Shown piece by piece: positions 10,458-20,045 of a DNA stretch of 64,000 bases. The position numbers and the translations under genes were made by a program. Location of the stretch: NCBI GenBank assembly GCA_028599125.1, contig JAQRMX010000026.1, forward strand, positions 17,596 to 81,595, in the 5' to 3' direction. The notes beneath the pieces were generated by a model, which saw nothing but the letters and a program-made list of their open reading frames with translations, was not told where the DNA came from and made no database searches. The DNA comes from Alphaproteobacteria bacterium (GTDB taxonomy: Bacteria; Pseudomonadota; Alphaproteobacteria; Rhizobiales; NORP267). The number at the start of each line of letters is the position of its first letter. The first letter of the stretch is position 1.

Positions 10458-11783
10458 GTGTCTCATCAGAAGCGATTCATTGTTAGGTTTGCTCTTGTTT
10501 TATTTATTATCGCTTTTTTATATACTGTTTCTGCTTACGGGCATTTTTCTCTGATTAAAAGTATATTTCCCGGCTTTATGGCAGGCTTAGCGATGTGTGT
10601 TGCCTGGTGGTTCGAATCACGAATTTCCAGTCGATGGGAGCAGGATTTCACGGCATTAGAAGGAGATCATGCGCGGTTGAGTCATGAAGTGAGCGAGCTA
10701 AAGGAGCACCTTGGTCATGTCTGTGATGTTACGACCTGTATGAATGAGGAGCTGCGTGTTTCTAATGATTATCTTGAGGACCAGCTTGGTGAAAAACTAG
10801 ATGAGCGGATTGAAACCGAGGTTAAGAAGACCAGGAAGCTTATGATTGGCCATATGGAAAATCTTTTGGTTCTCATTGAGGATTTTTCGAAAAAAATTGC
10901 ACCTGTTTCTTCTTCCAGTACGGTTACCTGTTCGGTAAGCGAGGCTTATCCTGCCGAATCGAAGAAGAAGATAGTGCGTCGCTTTTCGGGTTATGAAGGC
11001 TTTTCACGTCTGATTCGTTATGCGCTTGATCATAATTGCGTTGACGTCTATCTCCAGCCAATTGTTACCCTGCCGCAACGTAAACTCTGTTATTACGAAA
11101 CGATAGTCCGTTTGCGTGGTCCAAAGGGTCGTGTTGTGGCTCCCGGAGATGACATGCTGGTGGACCAGAAGAGGGATCTTTTGTCTGCTCTAGACCAGGT
11201 TGTTTTAGATCGTCTTGTGTGGATCATTTCGGTAATGAAGCAACGGAAGAAACCGATGCTTAAGCTTTTTTTCCGCCTTTCCGCGCGTCTCCTTTCTAAT
11301 CCGGATGATTTGAAGACACTGGTTGATTTTCTGGAATCCAATGCTGCGCTTTCTGAATGCCTCGTTTTTCAGATTTCACAAAACACACTACGTCATGCCG
11401 GTCCGTTTGAATTGGAGAGTCTTGCGACATTGCATGAATCTGGGTTTCATTTTTCTCTGGATCGAGTCAATGATCTTGATATTGATCCCCGTGAATTAGC
11501 GAAAATGGGCTTTCGTTTTGCAAAAATTGATGTAGCTTTGCTGCTTGATGATGGTGCTAATGCCAGGACGGATATCCATTCCAGTGATCTCGGTCTTTTG
11601 CTTTCCCGTTACGGGGTCAGCTTGATTGGAGAAAAGATAAATACGGATCATGAGGCATTTGATGTTCTTGATTTGAATTTAGATCTTGGGCAGGGTGATT
11701 TTTTTGCCAGGCCCCGTTTGATTGTCCATGTGCCGCCGGATAATGATGCGGAAAGCGTCCGTTCGGAACGCAATTTTGGTTAA
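10458..11783 (+). CDS. Membrane-anchored coiled-coil protein with a degenerate EAL domain (TipF-like architecture)
   Basis: The N-terminus is hydrophobic (FALVLFIIAFLYTV, FPGFMAGLAMCVAWWF), followed by a heptad-rich segment and a C-terminal EAL fold (YLQPIV ... YYETIVRL ... AKIDVAL ... LGQGDFFARP). The start is uncertain: the GTG at 10458 follows GAAGGG, while the ORF is open from 10332. Confidence 0.7.
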   Translation: MSHQKRFIVRFALVLFIIAFLYTVSAYGHFSLIKSIFPGFMAGLAMCVAWWFESRISSRWEQDFTALEGDHARLSHEVSELKEHLGHVCDVTTCMNEELRVSNDYLEDQLGEKLDERIETEVKKTRKLMIGHMENLLVLIEDFSKKIAPVSSSSTVTCSVSEAYPAESKKKIVRRFSGYEGFSRLIRYALDHNCVDVYLQPIVTLPQRKLCYYETIVRLRGPKGRVVAPGDDMLVDQKRDLLSALDQVVLDRLVWIISVMKQRKKPMLKLFFRLSARLLSNPDDLKTLVDFLESNAALSECLVFQISQNTLRHAGPFELESLATLHESGFHFSLDRVNDLDIDPRELAKMGFRFAKIDVALLLDDGANARTDIHSSDLGLLLSRYGVSLIGEKINTDHEAFDVLDLNLDLGQGDFFARPRLIVHVPPDNDAESVRSERNFG

Positions 11784-12098
11784 GGTTCATTTCTATAGGA
11801 ATTGTAGGAAGCTCACTGTCATTTTCTAGCGGATTTTTTGTTTCGGAATGGTATTTTTTGTTTCATCTTGCCAATAAGTGTTGATTTTCTTGCCTTGTGC
11901 CTTCTGTTTCACATTTCTTTCCCGCTTTTATTCCTTTTCTTCGTCTTTCTGTCGTTTACACCTTGATGATCGGATTATTGCAGGCGGCTCTATTTGTCTT
12001 GTATACAGTGAGGGATGGGGGATCTGTTTTTATGAGAACAGGATTTCAGGTTTGCATATGTTTATTTTTCTGTTTCCTTGATGGGGGGAGCGCACCTC

Positions 12099-13679
12099 AT
12101 GGTTGATGTTATAAAGTCTCGTGTGTGGCCTTTTGAGGAGGCGCGTAAGATCCTGTCCAGGTTCGGGGGGCAGGCACCTTCTCGTCCCGTAATTTTTGAG
12201 ACGGGCTATGGTCCCTCCGGTATACCGCATATCGGGACGTTTGGTGAAGTTGCTCGAACCGCGATGGTCCGGCACGCTTTTCATGTCCTGACCAATCATG
12301 AATGGCCTAGCAGATTGATCTGTTTTTCGGATGATATGGATGGTTTGCGAAAGATCCCAGATAATGTACCGAATCAGAGCGGGCTGCAGGCCTATCTTGG
12401 CTATCCCTTATCCAAAGTTCCCAATCCATTTTTAAGCGATCACGATAGTTTTGCGGCTCATAACAATGCGCAGCTTTGTCATTTTCTTGATAAATTCGAT
12501 TTCGATTATGAATTTGTCTCTGCGAGTAAATGTTACACTAGTGGTTGCTTTGATGATTTTTTGTTGCGGCTTCTTTCCTGTTATGAGGAGGTTATGGAGG
12601 TCATTTTGCCGACTATAGGCGAAGAAAGGCGCCGTACTTATGCGCCATTTTTACCTGTTCATCCGGAAAGTGGTGTCGTAATGCAAGTGCCTGTTGAAGA
12701 ACGGGATGTGTTGGCGGGTTTGATTGTCTGGACTGATCCGGCAACGGGCAAACGCTATGAAAGCAAAGTTACCGGGGGAGGTTGCAAGGCGCAGTGGAAA
12801 CCTGACTGGGCTTTGCGATGGGCGGCGCTGGGTGTTGATTATGAGATGTATGGGAAGGACCATATTGACAATGTGAAATTATCCTCACGTATTTGCAGAA
12901 TTTTAGGAGGACATCCTCCTGAAGGTTTCAGTTATGAATTATTTTTGGACGAGGATGGGCAAAAAATTTCCAAGACAAAAGGGAACGGTCTGACGATTGA
13001 TGAATGGTTACGCTATGCATCTCCGGAAAGTCTTTCATTATTCATGTATCAGGCGCCCCGTCGGGCCAAGCGACTTCATTTTGATATTATTCCGCGCAGC
13101 GTAGATGATTATTTGTCATTTTTGGAGCTATATCCGTCTGTGTCTCCGGAAGCTCAGCTTGAAAGCCCTGTCTGGCATATTCATTCAGGCGTTCCTCCTG
13201 TTGAAGATATACCGATTTCCTTTTCCATGTTACTCAATCTGGTGAGTGCATCAAATGCAGAGGACAAGGAGATTTTGTGGGGCTTTATTGGTCGCTATGC
13301 AGAGGGTGTCACGGCCCGGACTCACCCCGGCTTGGATAAGCTTGTGGAGTATGCCCTTGCTTATTTTCAGGATTTTGTCCGCCCATTCAAGTGCTATCGT
13401 CCTGCTGATGAACGTGAGTTTTCTGCGCTGCAAGATCTGGCATGCCGGCTTCGTGATGTGTCTTCTGATGCCTCTGCAAACGTTTTTCAGGGTCTTGTTT
13501 ATGATGTAGGAAAGGCGCATGGATTTGATCATTTGCGTGAGTGGTTCAAGGCGATTTATGAGATTTTATTTGGTCAGAGCCAGGGGCCTCGTCTGGGGTC
13601 TTTTATCCGATTTTATGGGAGGGATCAGACCTGTGATCTTATTACGCGCGCTCTTTCGGGGCACATTTCCGTTTCCTGA
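12099..13679 (+). CDS. lysK: Lysyl-tRNA synthetase, class I
   Basis: It has the class I LysRS pattern: a HIGH-like GIPHIGTFGEVAR, a KMSKS-like KISKTKGNG, and the WPFEEARKIL N-terminus. The ATG at 12099 lies 8 nt after GGGGGGAG. Confidence 0.9.
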   Translation: MVDVIKSRVWPFEEARKILSRFGGQAPSRPVIFETGYGPSGIPHIGTFGEVARTAMVRHAFHVLTNHEWPSRLICFSDDMDGLRKIPDNVPNQSGLQAYLGYPLSKVPNPFLSDHDSFAAHNNAQLCHFLDKFDFDYEFVSASKCYTSGCFDDFLLRLLSCYEEVMEVILPTIGEERRRTYAPFLPVHPESGVVMQVPVEERDVLAGLIVWTDPATGKRYESKVTGGGCKAQWKPDWALRWAALGVDYEMYGKDHIDNVKLSSRICRILGGHPPEGFSYELFLDEDGQKISKTKGNGLTIDEWLRYASPESLSLFMYQAPRRAKRLHFDIIPRSVDDYLSFLELYPSVSPEAQLESPVWHIHSGVPPVEDIPISFSMLLNLVSASNAEDKEILWGFIGRYAEGVTARTHPGLDKLVEYALAYFQDFVRPFKCYRPADEREFSALQDLACRLRDVSSDASANVFQGLVYDVGKAHGFDHLREWFKAIYEILFGQSQGPRLGSFIRFYGRDQTCDLITRALSGHISVS

Positions 13680-13815
13680 AGGCGATTGTTTGACAAGGTG
13701 TCCTTTGGGGATGGAAAGGGGTAATCTCTTCTTTTCCCCACTTTTTTATCTCCGGTGAGTGGTGTAATCAGCCTGTTTTTAAATTTTTCCGTTATTATTT
13801 CAGGAGTTTACATAC

Positions 13816-14889
13816 ATGACTCTTTTTGAACTCGGCCATAGTTTGCTGCGTTATTTTGAACCGGAACGGGCTCATCATCTGCTCATTACATTTATGTCTG
13901 CGGGTCTCCATCCCCATGAGAGGAGCGAGGATTTATCGCGTCTGGGAATTTCTTTGTGGGGGATGAGATTTCCTAATCCTGTTGGCATGGCAGCCGGGTT
14001 TGACAAAAATGCAAAGGTTCCCGGCGCTTTATTGAAGAGCGGGTTTGGTTTTGCGGAGGTGGGGACCCTGACACCTGAAGCTCAGGAAAAGCGCCCCCGT
14101 CCCTGTATCTTTCGTCTTGGAGCAGATGAGGCCATTATTAATCGTCTGGGATTTTGTAATGAGGGCTATGCCTCTGCGCTGGAACGGCTTCGTTTTTTTC
14201 CTTCTCATTGTGGCATAATCGGTGTCAATCTAGGAGCGAACAGGTACAGTGCGGACCGGGTTGCGGATTATGTTTCTGGGATCAAGGTATTTTCAAGTTT
14301 AGCACGTTATTTTACTCTTAATATTTCTTCTCCCAATACGCCTGGTCTTCGAGATCTGCAAGGGCGTGCAGCTCTTGATTCTTTGCTTTTACAGGTTATG
14401 CGGATGCGTGACGAAGTGGCTACAGGAACTCCTGTCCTGCTCAAATTGTCTCCTGACCTTTGTGAGAATGGCTTGCGGGATATTGTGGAGATTGCTTTGC
14501 TTCGTTCAGTTGATGGTCTTATTGTCTCAAATACGACTGTTTCACGCCCCGGTTCTCTGCATGAGGAGCAGCTTGCGAAAGAAGAGGGCGGCCTTTCTGG
14601 GCGGCCTCTGTTTCATCTTTCAACCATGCTTTTAGCTAGGGTTTATCATCTCACCGAAGGGCGTATACCACTCATTGGCGTAGGCGGCATAAGTGATGCG
14701 GAAACGGCATATCAGAAGATTTGTGCCGGTGCATCCTTGCTACAGCTTTATTCGGCATTCATTTATTCTGGTCCTGGGCTATTACGGACGATAAAGGAAG
14801 GTCTTTCATCATTTTTGGAGCGAGACGGTTTCCCCGATGTAGCGGCGGCTGTCGGGTGTAACGCGCAATGGTGGTGTGAAGACGGTTAG
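13816..14889 (+). CDS. pyrD: Dihydroorotate dehydrogenase (quinone), class 2
   Basis: 357 aa with NPVGMAAGFDKNA, FAEVGTLTP, LNISSPNTPGLRDLQ, GLIVSNTT and IGVGGI. Confidence 0.9.
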   Translation: MTLFELGHSLLRYFEPERAHHLLITFMSAGLHPHERSEDLSRLGISLWGMRFPNPVGMAAGFDKNAKVPGALLKSGFGFAEVGTLTPEAQEKRPRPCIFRLGADEAIINRLGFCNEGYASALERLRFFPSHCGIIGVNLGANRYSADRVADYVSGIKVFSSLARYFTLNISSPNTPGLRDLQGRAALDSLLLQVMRMRDEVATGTPVLLKLSPDLCENGLRDIVEIALLRSVDGLIVSNTTVSRPGSLHEEQLAKEEGGLSGRPLFHLSTMLLARVYHLTEGRIPLIGVGGISDAETAYQKICAGASLLQLYSAFIYSGPGLLRTIKEGLSSFLERDGFPDVAAAVGCNAQWWCEDG

Positions 14890-14903
14890 GAGCTTTACGG
14901 ATT

Positions 14904-17264
14904 CTAGAGAGGAGGTATAAGGGAGCCGATTGTGCTCATTTCCGGCCTTTCTTCTTTGCTATTTTCTTTCTTCTGTTTCAGTATGCGCCCGGGCAGGCGA
15001 ACAATAACGGTTGTTCCTTCATGCATGATGCTCTTAATGATCATGTTTCCTCCATGAAGCTTGACCATTGCTTCACTCAGAGGGAGCCCCAGCCCGGTGC
15101 TCGCATAATTTTTGTCTTGTACTTCTTTCTTCATCGTTTTTTTCTCTCTTGAGCATTCTTCATTTTCTTCCTTCCCGAATCCAATGCCTGTATCGGAAAT
15201 TTCGAAATGGAATGTTGCCCCTTCAGTTTGTTTTACTAAGAGGAGAATCTGTCCCCCTTCTTGAGTGAATTTCATCGCATTTGAAAGCAGGTTGATGATG
15301 ATTTGATATAATTTTGTTTCGTCAGCAAGGAGGTACTCAATCTTGTCAGAGGCCGTAATCTTAAAGAAAATATTCCTAGAAAAAAATCCATCACCAAGAA
15401 GGAACTGGCAGTTTTTAAGGAAAGAAGGAATATGGATGACGGTTTCTATCAGGGTCATTTTTCCTGATTCAATTTTTGACAAGTCAAGGAGTTCATCTGT
15501 CAGTTTTAGAAGATGCTGCCCGGAAATTTTTATACCTTCAGCATATTCATTGTAGGTTTCAGGATTGGTCGGTCCCATGATTTGCTTGTGGATGATTTCT
15601 GCAAAGCCAATGATTGTATTGAGGGGAGTTCGTATTTCATGGTTGATTTTTGCAAGTAATTTTGACTTAGCTTTGTTTTCATTCTCTGCAATTTCTTTAT
15701 CCTCCTGTAATTCCTTGAGGATTTTTTTCTGTCGATTGATATCATGGAAAATAAGTATGCTGTGCAAGTTTGTTTTAGGATTATGGATGGGATTAATGAT
15801 CAGGTCTGAGTAATATTCTTTTATTTCTTCAGGTCCATATAATCTGATCCCGTTGATCCGGCTTTTGATTTTTTTTCTGATGGCTCTCTGGAGGGTTGCA
15901 AAATTTTCTTCCGGCTTTGTGTGAATGAGCGTCTTTATATTTCGTCCTATCATCTTGTTTTCAGGGATACCGAACATATTAATGGCAGAGGAATTGATGG
16001 AACGAATGTTTTCATCCCTGTCTAGACCGATAATACCTTCAACTGATGAGGTGAGGAGGACCTCACTTTGTTGCATGGTTTTGGTCATACATTCTATCAT
16101 GCGGTTATTTTCTATGACGTATTCTGTGAGCCTAGTGAGCGCTTCTGCTGGTTCTGTACTTGCCTTGAATATCTCTGTTTTTGATTTTTTCTGGAATATG
16201 ATATTAAAGCTGCCCAGGACTATTCCTGACGAGTCCTTCAGTGCGATTGAATAAAGATTCTTTTTTTGTTGTCTTTTTCGCAAGATTGGCTTGCTTTGGA
16301 GCAATGCGTCTCTCCACTCTTTAGGAACAGAAAAAAGAGGTTGATTGCTGAAATATCTCTCAGTATCCGGATCGGAAGCGATAAGCTGAGTGATCTTATG
16401 CCCGCTTTTGTCCTTGTCTATCAGGAGTATGCAGGATTTTGAGTCTGGATAGTGAACTTCAATGAATGTTATGATACGTCTGAGTAGCGTCTCTATCGGT
16501 CTCTTTTTTGCTAGTTCTTTCAGTAGGCTGTTTTGCTGTTTCCTGAAGATTTCATCAAATTTTACCTTCAGGATGTTGCGATAAAGTAGCAGGATGCAGG
16601 CGACATAGGGAGAGTGTAAAAAAATGAAAAAGAGATAGGAAATCAAGGTTTTCAGGATGTTCAGGCGTTTATTATACGCACTCATATCCAATTTGACTCT
16701 GAGTATAGCGGTTTTCCCCGTTGCGGTGCGCAGGGGCGTGTAGGCTTCCCCGATGAGCAAGGAGATCTCGGGATTTTTTTTGTGCTTTCCCGAGACTGGA
16801 AGCTGTACGATGGTTTGCCCCTCCTGGGCAGCTATTTTAAGCATTTTTGAATTAATTTTTGTATCAAAATCCCCGAATGAAACGTTTTGTATGACCTTTC
16901 CATCGGTGTGAAGTAACTGGTACCCCTTTACAGAGACGTTTTTCGGTTTATTCTTATTATGTCCATAAATGACCTCATTATGAGGGATTTTGCCTGATTT
17001 TATGAGCCTGTTTCGGATTTGAAGGGCCAAGTCTGTTGCGATTTCGGACGTTTTTTTCTCAAGGAGATAATTTTTTGTTTCACGTATTAACTGATCGCTG
17101 CTCTCGATTAAGATATTTGGCGCAAAGTGAAAAAGAGTCAGGAAGGCGATCAGGGCGGTGATGATACGATGTCTATTCAGGCTTACCCTAGGAGAGAGAA
17201 TTCCTTTGAAGAAAGGAAAGGACTGGTAGATAAAATCGCTTTTAGAGATTATTTTTTCTGTCAT
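14904..17264 (-). CDS. Sensor histidine kinase of the PleC/DivJ type (two N-terminal TM segments, PAS, HisKA, HATPase_c; no receiver domain)
   Basis: 786 aa. The H-box is HEIRTPLNTIIGFAEII, the N-box region is LYQIIINLLSNAMKFT, and the G-boxes are DTGIGF and GLGLPLSEAMVKLHGG. A PAS-like region precedes them. No cognate response regulator is adjacent. Confidence 0.85.
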   Translation of the reverse strand: MTEKIISKSDFIYQSFPFFKGILSPRVSLNRHRIITALIAFLTLFHFAPNILIESSDQLIRETKNYLLEKKTSEIATDLALQIRNRLIKSGKIPHNEVIYGHNKNKPKNVSVKGYQLLHTDGKVIQNVSFGDFDTKINSKMLKIAAQEGQTIVQLPVSGKHKKNPEISLLIGEAYTPLRTATGKTAILRVKLDMSAYNKRLNILKTLISYLFFIFLHSPYVACILLLYRNILKVKFDEIFRKQQNSLLKELAKKRPIETLLRRIITFIEVHYPDSKSCILLIDKDKSGHKITQLIASDPDTERYFSNQPLFSVPKEWRDALLQSKPILRKRQQKKNLYSIALKDSSGIVLGSFNIIFQKKSKTEIFKASTEPAEALTRLTEYVIENNRMIECMTKTMQQSEVLLTSSVEGIIGLDRDENIRSINSSAINMFGIPENKMIGRNIKTLIHTKPEENFATLQRAIRKKIKSRINGIRLYGPEEIKEYYSDLIINPIHNPKTNLHSILIFHDINRQKKILKELQEDKEIAENENKAKSKLLAKINHEIRTPLNTIIGFAEIIHKQIMGPTNPETYNEYAEGIKISGQHLLKLTDELLDLSKIESGKMTLIETVIHIPSFLKNCQFLLGDGFFSRNIFFKITASDKIEYLLADETKLYQIIINLLSNAMKFTQEGGQILLLVKQTEGATFHFEISDTGIGFGKEENEECSREKKTMKKEVQDKNYASTGLGLPLSEAMVKLHGGNMIIKSIMHEGTTVIVRLPGRILKQKKENSKEERPEMSTIGSLIPPL

Positions 17265-17675
17265 GTGCTTTTTCTGTTATATACCGAAAAAGAAAGTAAC
17301 GTTTGTATTAATTTTTTCTATGCGTACCGTTCTTAACATCAGTAGGTTTTTTATATGGTTGTTAGGGAGAAAACTGTAACACAGTTGGATTTTGTGGGTA
17401 ATCATTTCTGAATTCTTAGTTGATGATTTATATAGAACGTATTTTTTTATTTTTACCCTTTTGTAATTTTTCAGAAAAATCCGTTTTTTATAGAAAAAGG
17501 ATCTGTTTTTCTTTCTATGATGTTAATCATAATAATAAGAGGGATCTTAATTCTAACTAAAACGGGAAGTTGCATTTTTGCTTCTTTGTATAGGAATTCT
17601 TTTTTTTTTCTGGAATGTTAAGCATGAAATGAAATGAAGGTTGAAATATGCTTTTTATTATCAGATTATGAACTA

Positions 17676-17691
17676 TTAACTATTATTTAAC
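17676..17691 (+). promoter_or_regulatory. Perfect CtrA-type box TTAA-N7-TTAAC (TTAACTATTATTTAAC, continuing into the half-site TTAACCAT)
   Basis: Read directly from the sequence. It lies 33 bp upstream of the ATG at 17724 and about 410 bp upstream of the divergent histidine kinase start. The surrounding DNA is AT-rich, so a chance match is possible. Confidence 0.35.
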
Positions 17692-17723
17692 CATTGTTTC
17701 ATTTTTATGCTGAGGTTTTTTTT

Positions 17724-17927
17724 ATGAAGAACAGAAATATTGAAATTGATCTTGATCTACACAAAATTCTTGAGTGCAACAGGCAGAGTTTTTCTGAAAC
17801 GGAGTGCGAAATATTGCATCGGCTGTTTACAAACAAGGAGCGCCGGAGAAGCATCGCGTCATTGTCCGTTGCTTCAAGCCAAGGGCAGGGATCTATGCTT
17901 TCTTCTTCCCCTAACTCGTCTGATTGA
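17724..17927 (+). CDS. Small hypothetical protein with a SeqA-N-like / ribbon-helix-helix N-terminus (67 aa)
   Basis: The ATG at 17724 lies 8 nt after TGAGG. The N-terminal NIEIDLDLHKILECNRQSFSETECEILHRLF parallels the E. coli SeqA N-terminus [31 protein letters not shown]. The C-terminal tail is Ser-rich and low complexity. Confidence 0.35.
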   Translation: MKNRNIEIDLDLHKILECNRQSFSETECEILHRLFTNKERRRSIASLSVASSQGQGSMLSSSPNSSD

Positions 17928-18076
17928 GGAACGAAGCAGGACTTCTGTTTCTTTTTTTCCGATTTTCATGTCTTAAGGGTAAGGTGTTTTGATAGCTTTT
18001 TCGTTAGGAGTGGCTTCTTTATTCGATCGGTTTTTTGTGAACCTTACAGGTGTGTAAGTTGCTATTTTTCCTGATT

Positions 18077-18904
18077 TCAGTGATAGCGGAATATCAAGGC
18101 ACCGACCCACCCTATTCCGAGTGCAGCTAATACGGACAGAAGCCCGTATATTTCTTTCCGCTGTTTGGCTCCCCGGGATAAAAGTTCTTCAATTCCTCTT
18201 TTGCGAATCTGGAAGCTGTTTTGCGTTTTCTGGATCATTTTTCCTGCGCTGTTAAATAGGAAAATATGCGCGGTGTAAGTTCCGGTTGGCGCATTGGAAA
18301 GCATGGGGAAGCGTGAAAAAAAAACGGTGTCACTGAGAAATTGGACGCCTTCTGGGTTTTCAAGGTAAAGATTTTTCTTCTGCATCAGTCGTATGAGGTC
18401 CGTCTTAAAATCATCTTCGGCTTCTATGGTTTCGTGCACTGATGAGGGATGAGAAAAAATGTCCTGCCTGAGGTTGATCCCGTAATGTTTGAGAGTGGCA
18501 ATGGATGTGATTTCCTGAAGTGTTTTGTTTGAGAAGATCCCGAGATATCCTTTTACTTCAGGGAAATACATCGACGTCCCATTGACCCAGATGCCCGCGA
18601 CTCTTTCCTTACGCCAGATTCTGATTTTTTTCCGGGGACCGCACAGGACTATAATGACATTATAGTTACCTGCCTTTTTGAGGGAGGATTTGTCACTGGC
18701 GATTGATCCGAAAAGTACGATTTCTGCGCCAGTGAAATTGGAAGTGATCCAGACCGTATCAGATGAGATTGCTGTTATAAGCTCCTCTCCCCTCGCTGCA
18801 TATGTGAGAAAGATAAGGACAGAAGAGCTCACGAGTGCTCTGATGATGGAAAGACAGATTGCGACGACGGTGGCGTGGCCAATCATGTCTTTAGTTTCTT
18901 TCAA
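18077..18904 (-). CDS. Alphaproteobacterial putative transmembrane protein (TIGR02186 / Alph_Pro_TM-like)
   Basis: 275 aa with an N-terminal signal/TM segment and a C-terminal TM segment. The internal pattern ITSNFTGAEIVLFGS ... VIIVLCGP ... RKERVAGIWVN matches my recollection of this family. It overlaps the upstream TauE gene by 14 nt, which is a common pairing. Confidence 0.6.
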   Translation of the reverse strand: MKETKDMIGHATVVAICLSIIRALVSSSVLIFLTYAARGEELITAISSDTVWITSNFTGAEIVLFGSIASDKSSLKKAGNYNVIIVLCGPRKKIRIWRKERVAGIWVNGTSMYFPEVKGYLGIFSNKTLQEITSIATLKHYGINLRQDIFSHPSSVHETIEAEDDFKTDLIRLMQKKNLYLENPEGVQFLSDTVFFSRFPMLSNAPTGTYTAHIFLFNSAGKMIQKTQNSFQIRKRGIEELLSRGAKQRKEIYGLLSVLAALGIGWVGALIFRYH

Positions 18905-19862
18905 TGTTCAAGCTAAAATATTCGGAAGGGGTCGCGATGAGGTCAAAGGCTAGTCGCGCAGCCGTGATGAGCACAAGGAAAGCTAAGAGACTTCGGAGAT
19001 GCTCGCTACGTAATCTGTTTCCAACGCGCGCTCCGATTTGTGCACCAGATACACTACCAATCATGAGAATGAAGGCAAGGAGTATATCTACGGACTGGTT
19101 TGTGATGGCGTGCGTATATGTTACGAAGGCGGCAACGATCAGGATTTGTAAAAGGGATGTCCCGATGACGATGTGAGTAGGGATATGAAGAAGGTAAATC
19201 ATTGCCGGGATGAGAATAAATCCTCCCCCTACGCCCATAATAGCTGTGAGAACGCCGATCCCGGCACCCAGTCCGATGATGGGGATCACGCTGATGCGGA
19301 GTTGTGCATTTTTGAAGTGCATTTTTAGAGGAAGAACTTGAACCCAGAGAGGTATCTTTTTCCTCTTGAGTCTTTGTGCCTCTTTGTTTTTTGACTGCAG
19401 GATCTCTGAGAGACTTTCAATGAGCATCAGGCTGCCGATTGTTCCCAAGAAGGTAACATAGCAGAGAGAAATGATAATATCAATCTGGCCGCGTTTACTG
19501 AATTCATTAAAAATCCAGAGACCGATTGCGGCTCCTAGAATACCGCCAACGGTCAATGCGAGGCTTAAAGGGACGTCAATACGTCGTTGTCCCCTGTGGG
19601 CAATAACCCCTGAGATCGAGGATGCGACCAACTGATTGGCCTGACTGGCTACGGCCACGGTGGGAGGTATGCCTGAGAAGATCAGTAACGGTGTCATGAG
19701 GAACCCCCCGCCGACACCAAACATTCCTGACAGGAACCCTACGGTGCTTCCCAGTCCAAGGAGGAGAAAAAGATTCACCGACATTTCGGCGATGGGCAGA
19801 TATATCTGCATGGGCCGCTCTGTCTTGCTGAAATGATGAAAAGGGACAACGCTTCGTCCCAC
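18891..19862 (-). CDS. TauE/SafE family sulfite/anion exporter
   Basis: 323 aa polytopic membrane protein with duplicated GGGF(L/I) motifs (FGVGGGFLMTPLLIF and MGVGGGFILIPAMIY). Confidence 0.8.
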   Translation of the reverse strand: MGRSVVPFHHFSKTERPMQIYLPIAEMSVNLFLLLGLGSTVGFLSGMFGVGGGFLMTPLLIFSGIPPTVAVASQANQLVASSISGVIAHRGQRRIDVPLSLALTVGGILGAAIGLWIFNEFSKRGQIDIIISLCYVTFLGTIGSLMLIESLSEILQSKNKEAQRLKRKKIPLWVQVLPLKMHFKNAQLRISVIPIIGLGAGIGVLTAIMGVGGGFILIPAMIYLLHIPTHIVIGTSLLQILIVAAFVTYTHAITNQSVDILLAFILMIGSVSGAQIGARVGNRLRSEHLRSLLAFLVLITAARLAFDLIATPSEYFSLNIERN

Positions 19863-20045
19863 GATTCTTATCCCCCATTAGATGGCAAGGAATAGGGCAG
19901 GTCAATTATTATTGCCATAAATTTATTATTATGCTGTATGGCGTGGTCCTGAATCTGGTTCTTCGGGATTAAAATCCTGGCATTTCTTGAGAAAAGAGGA
20001 CCTTATCTCAGCTGGGATGCTGTCGTCTTTTTTTCGGAAGGTAGC

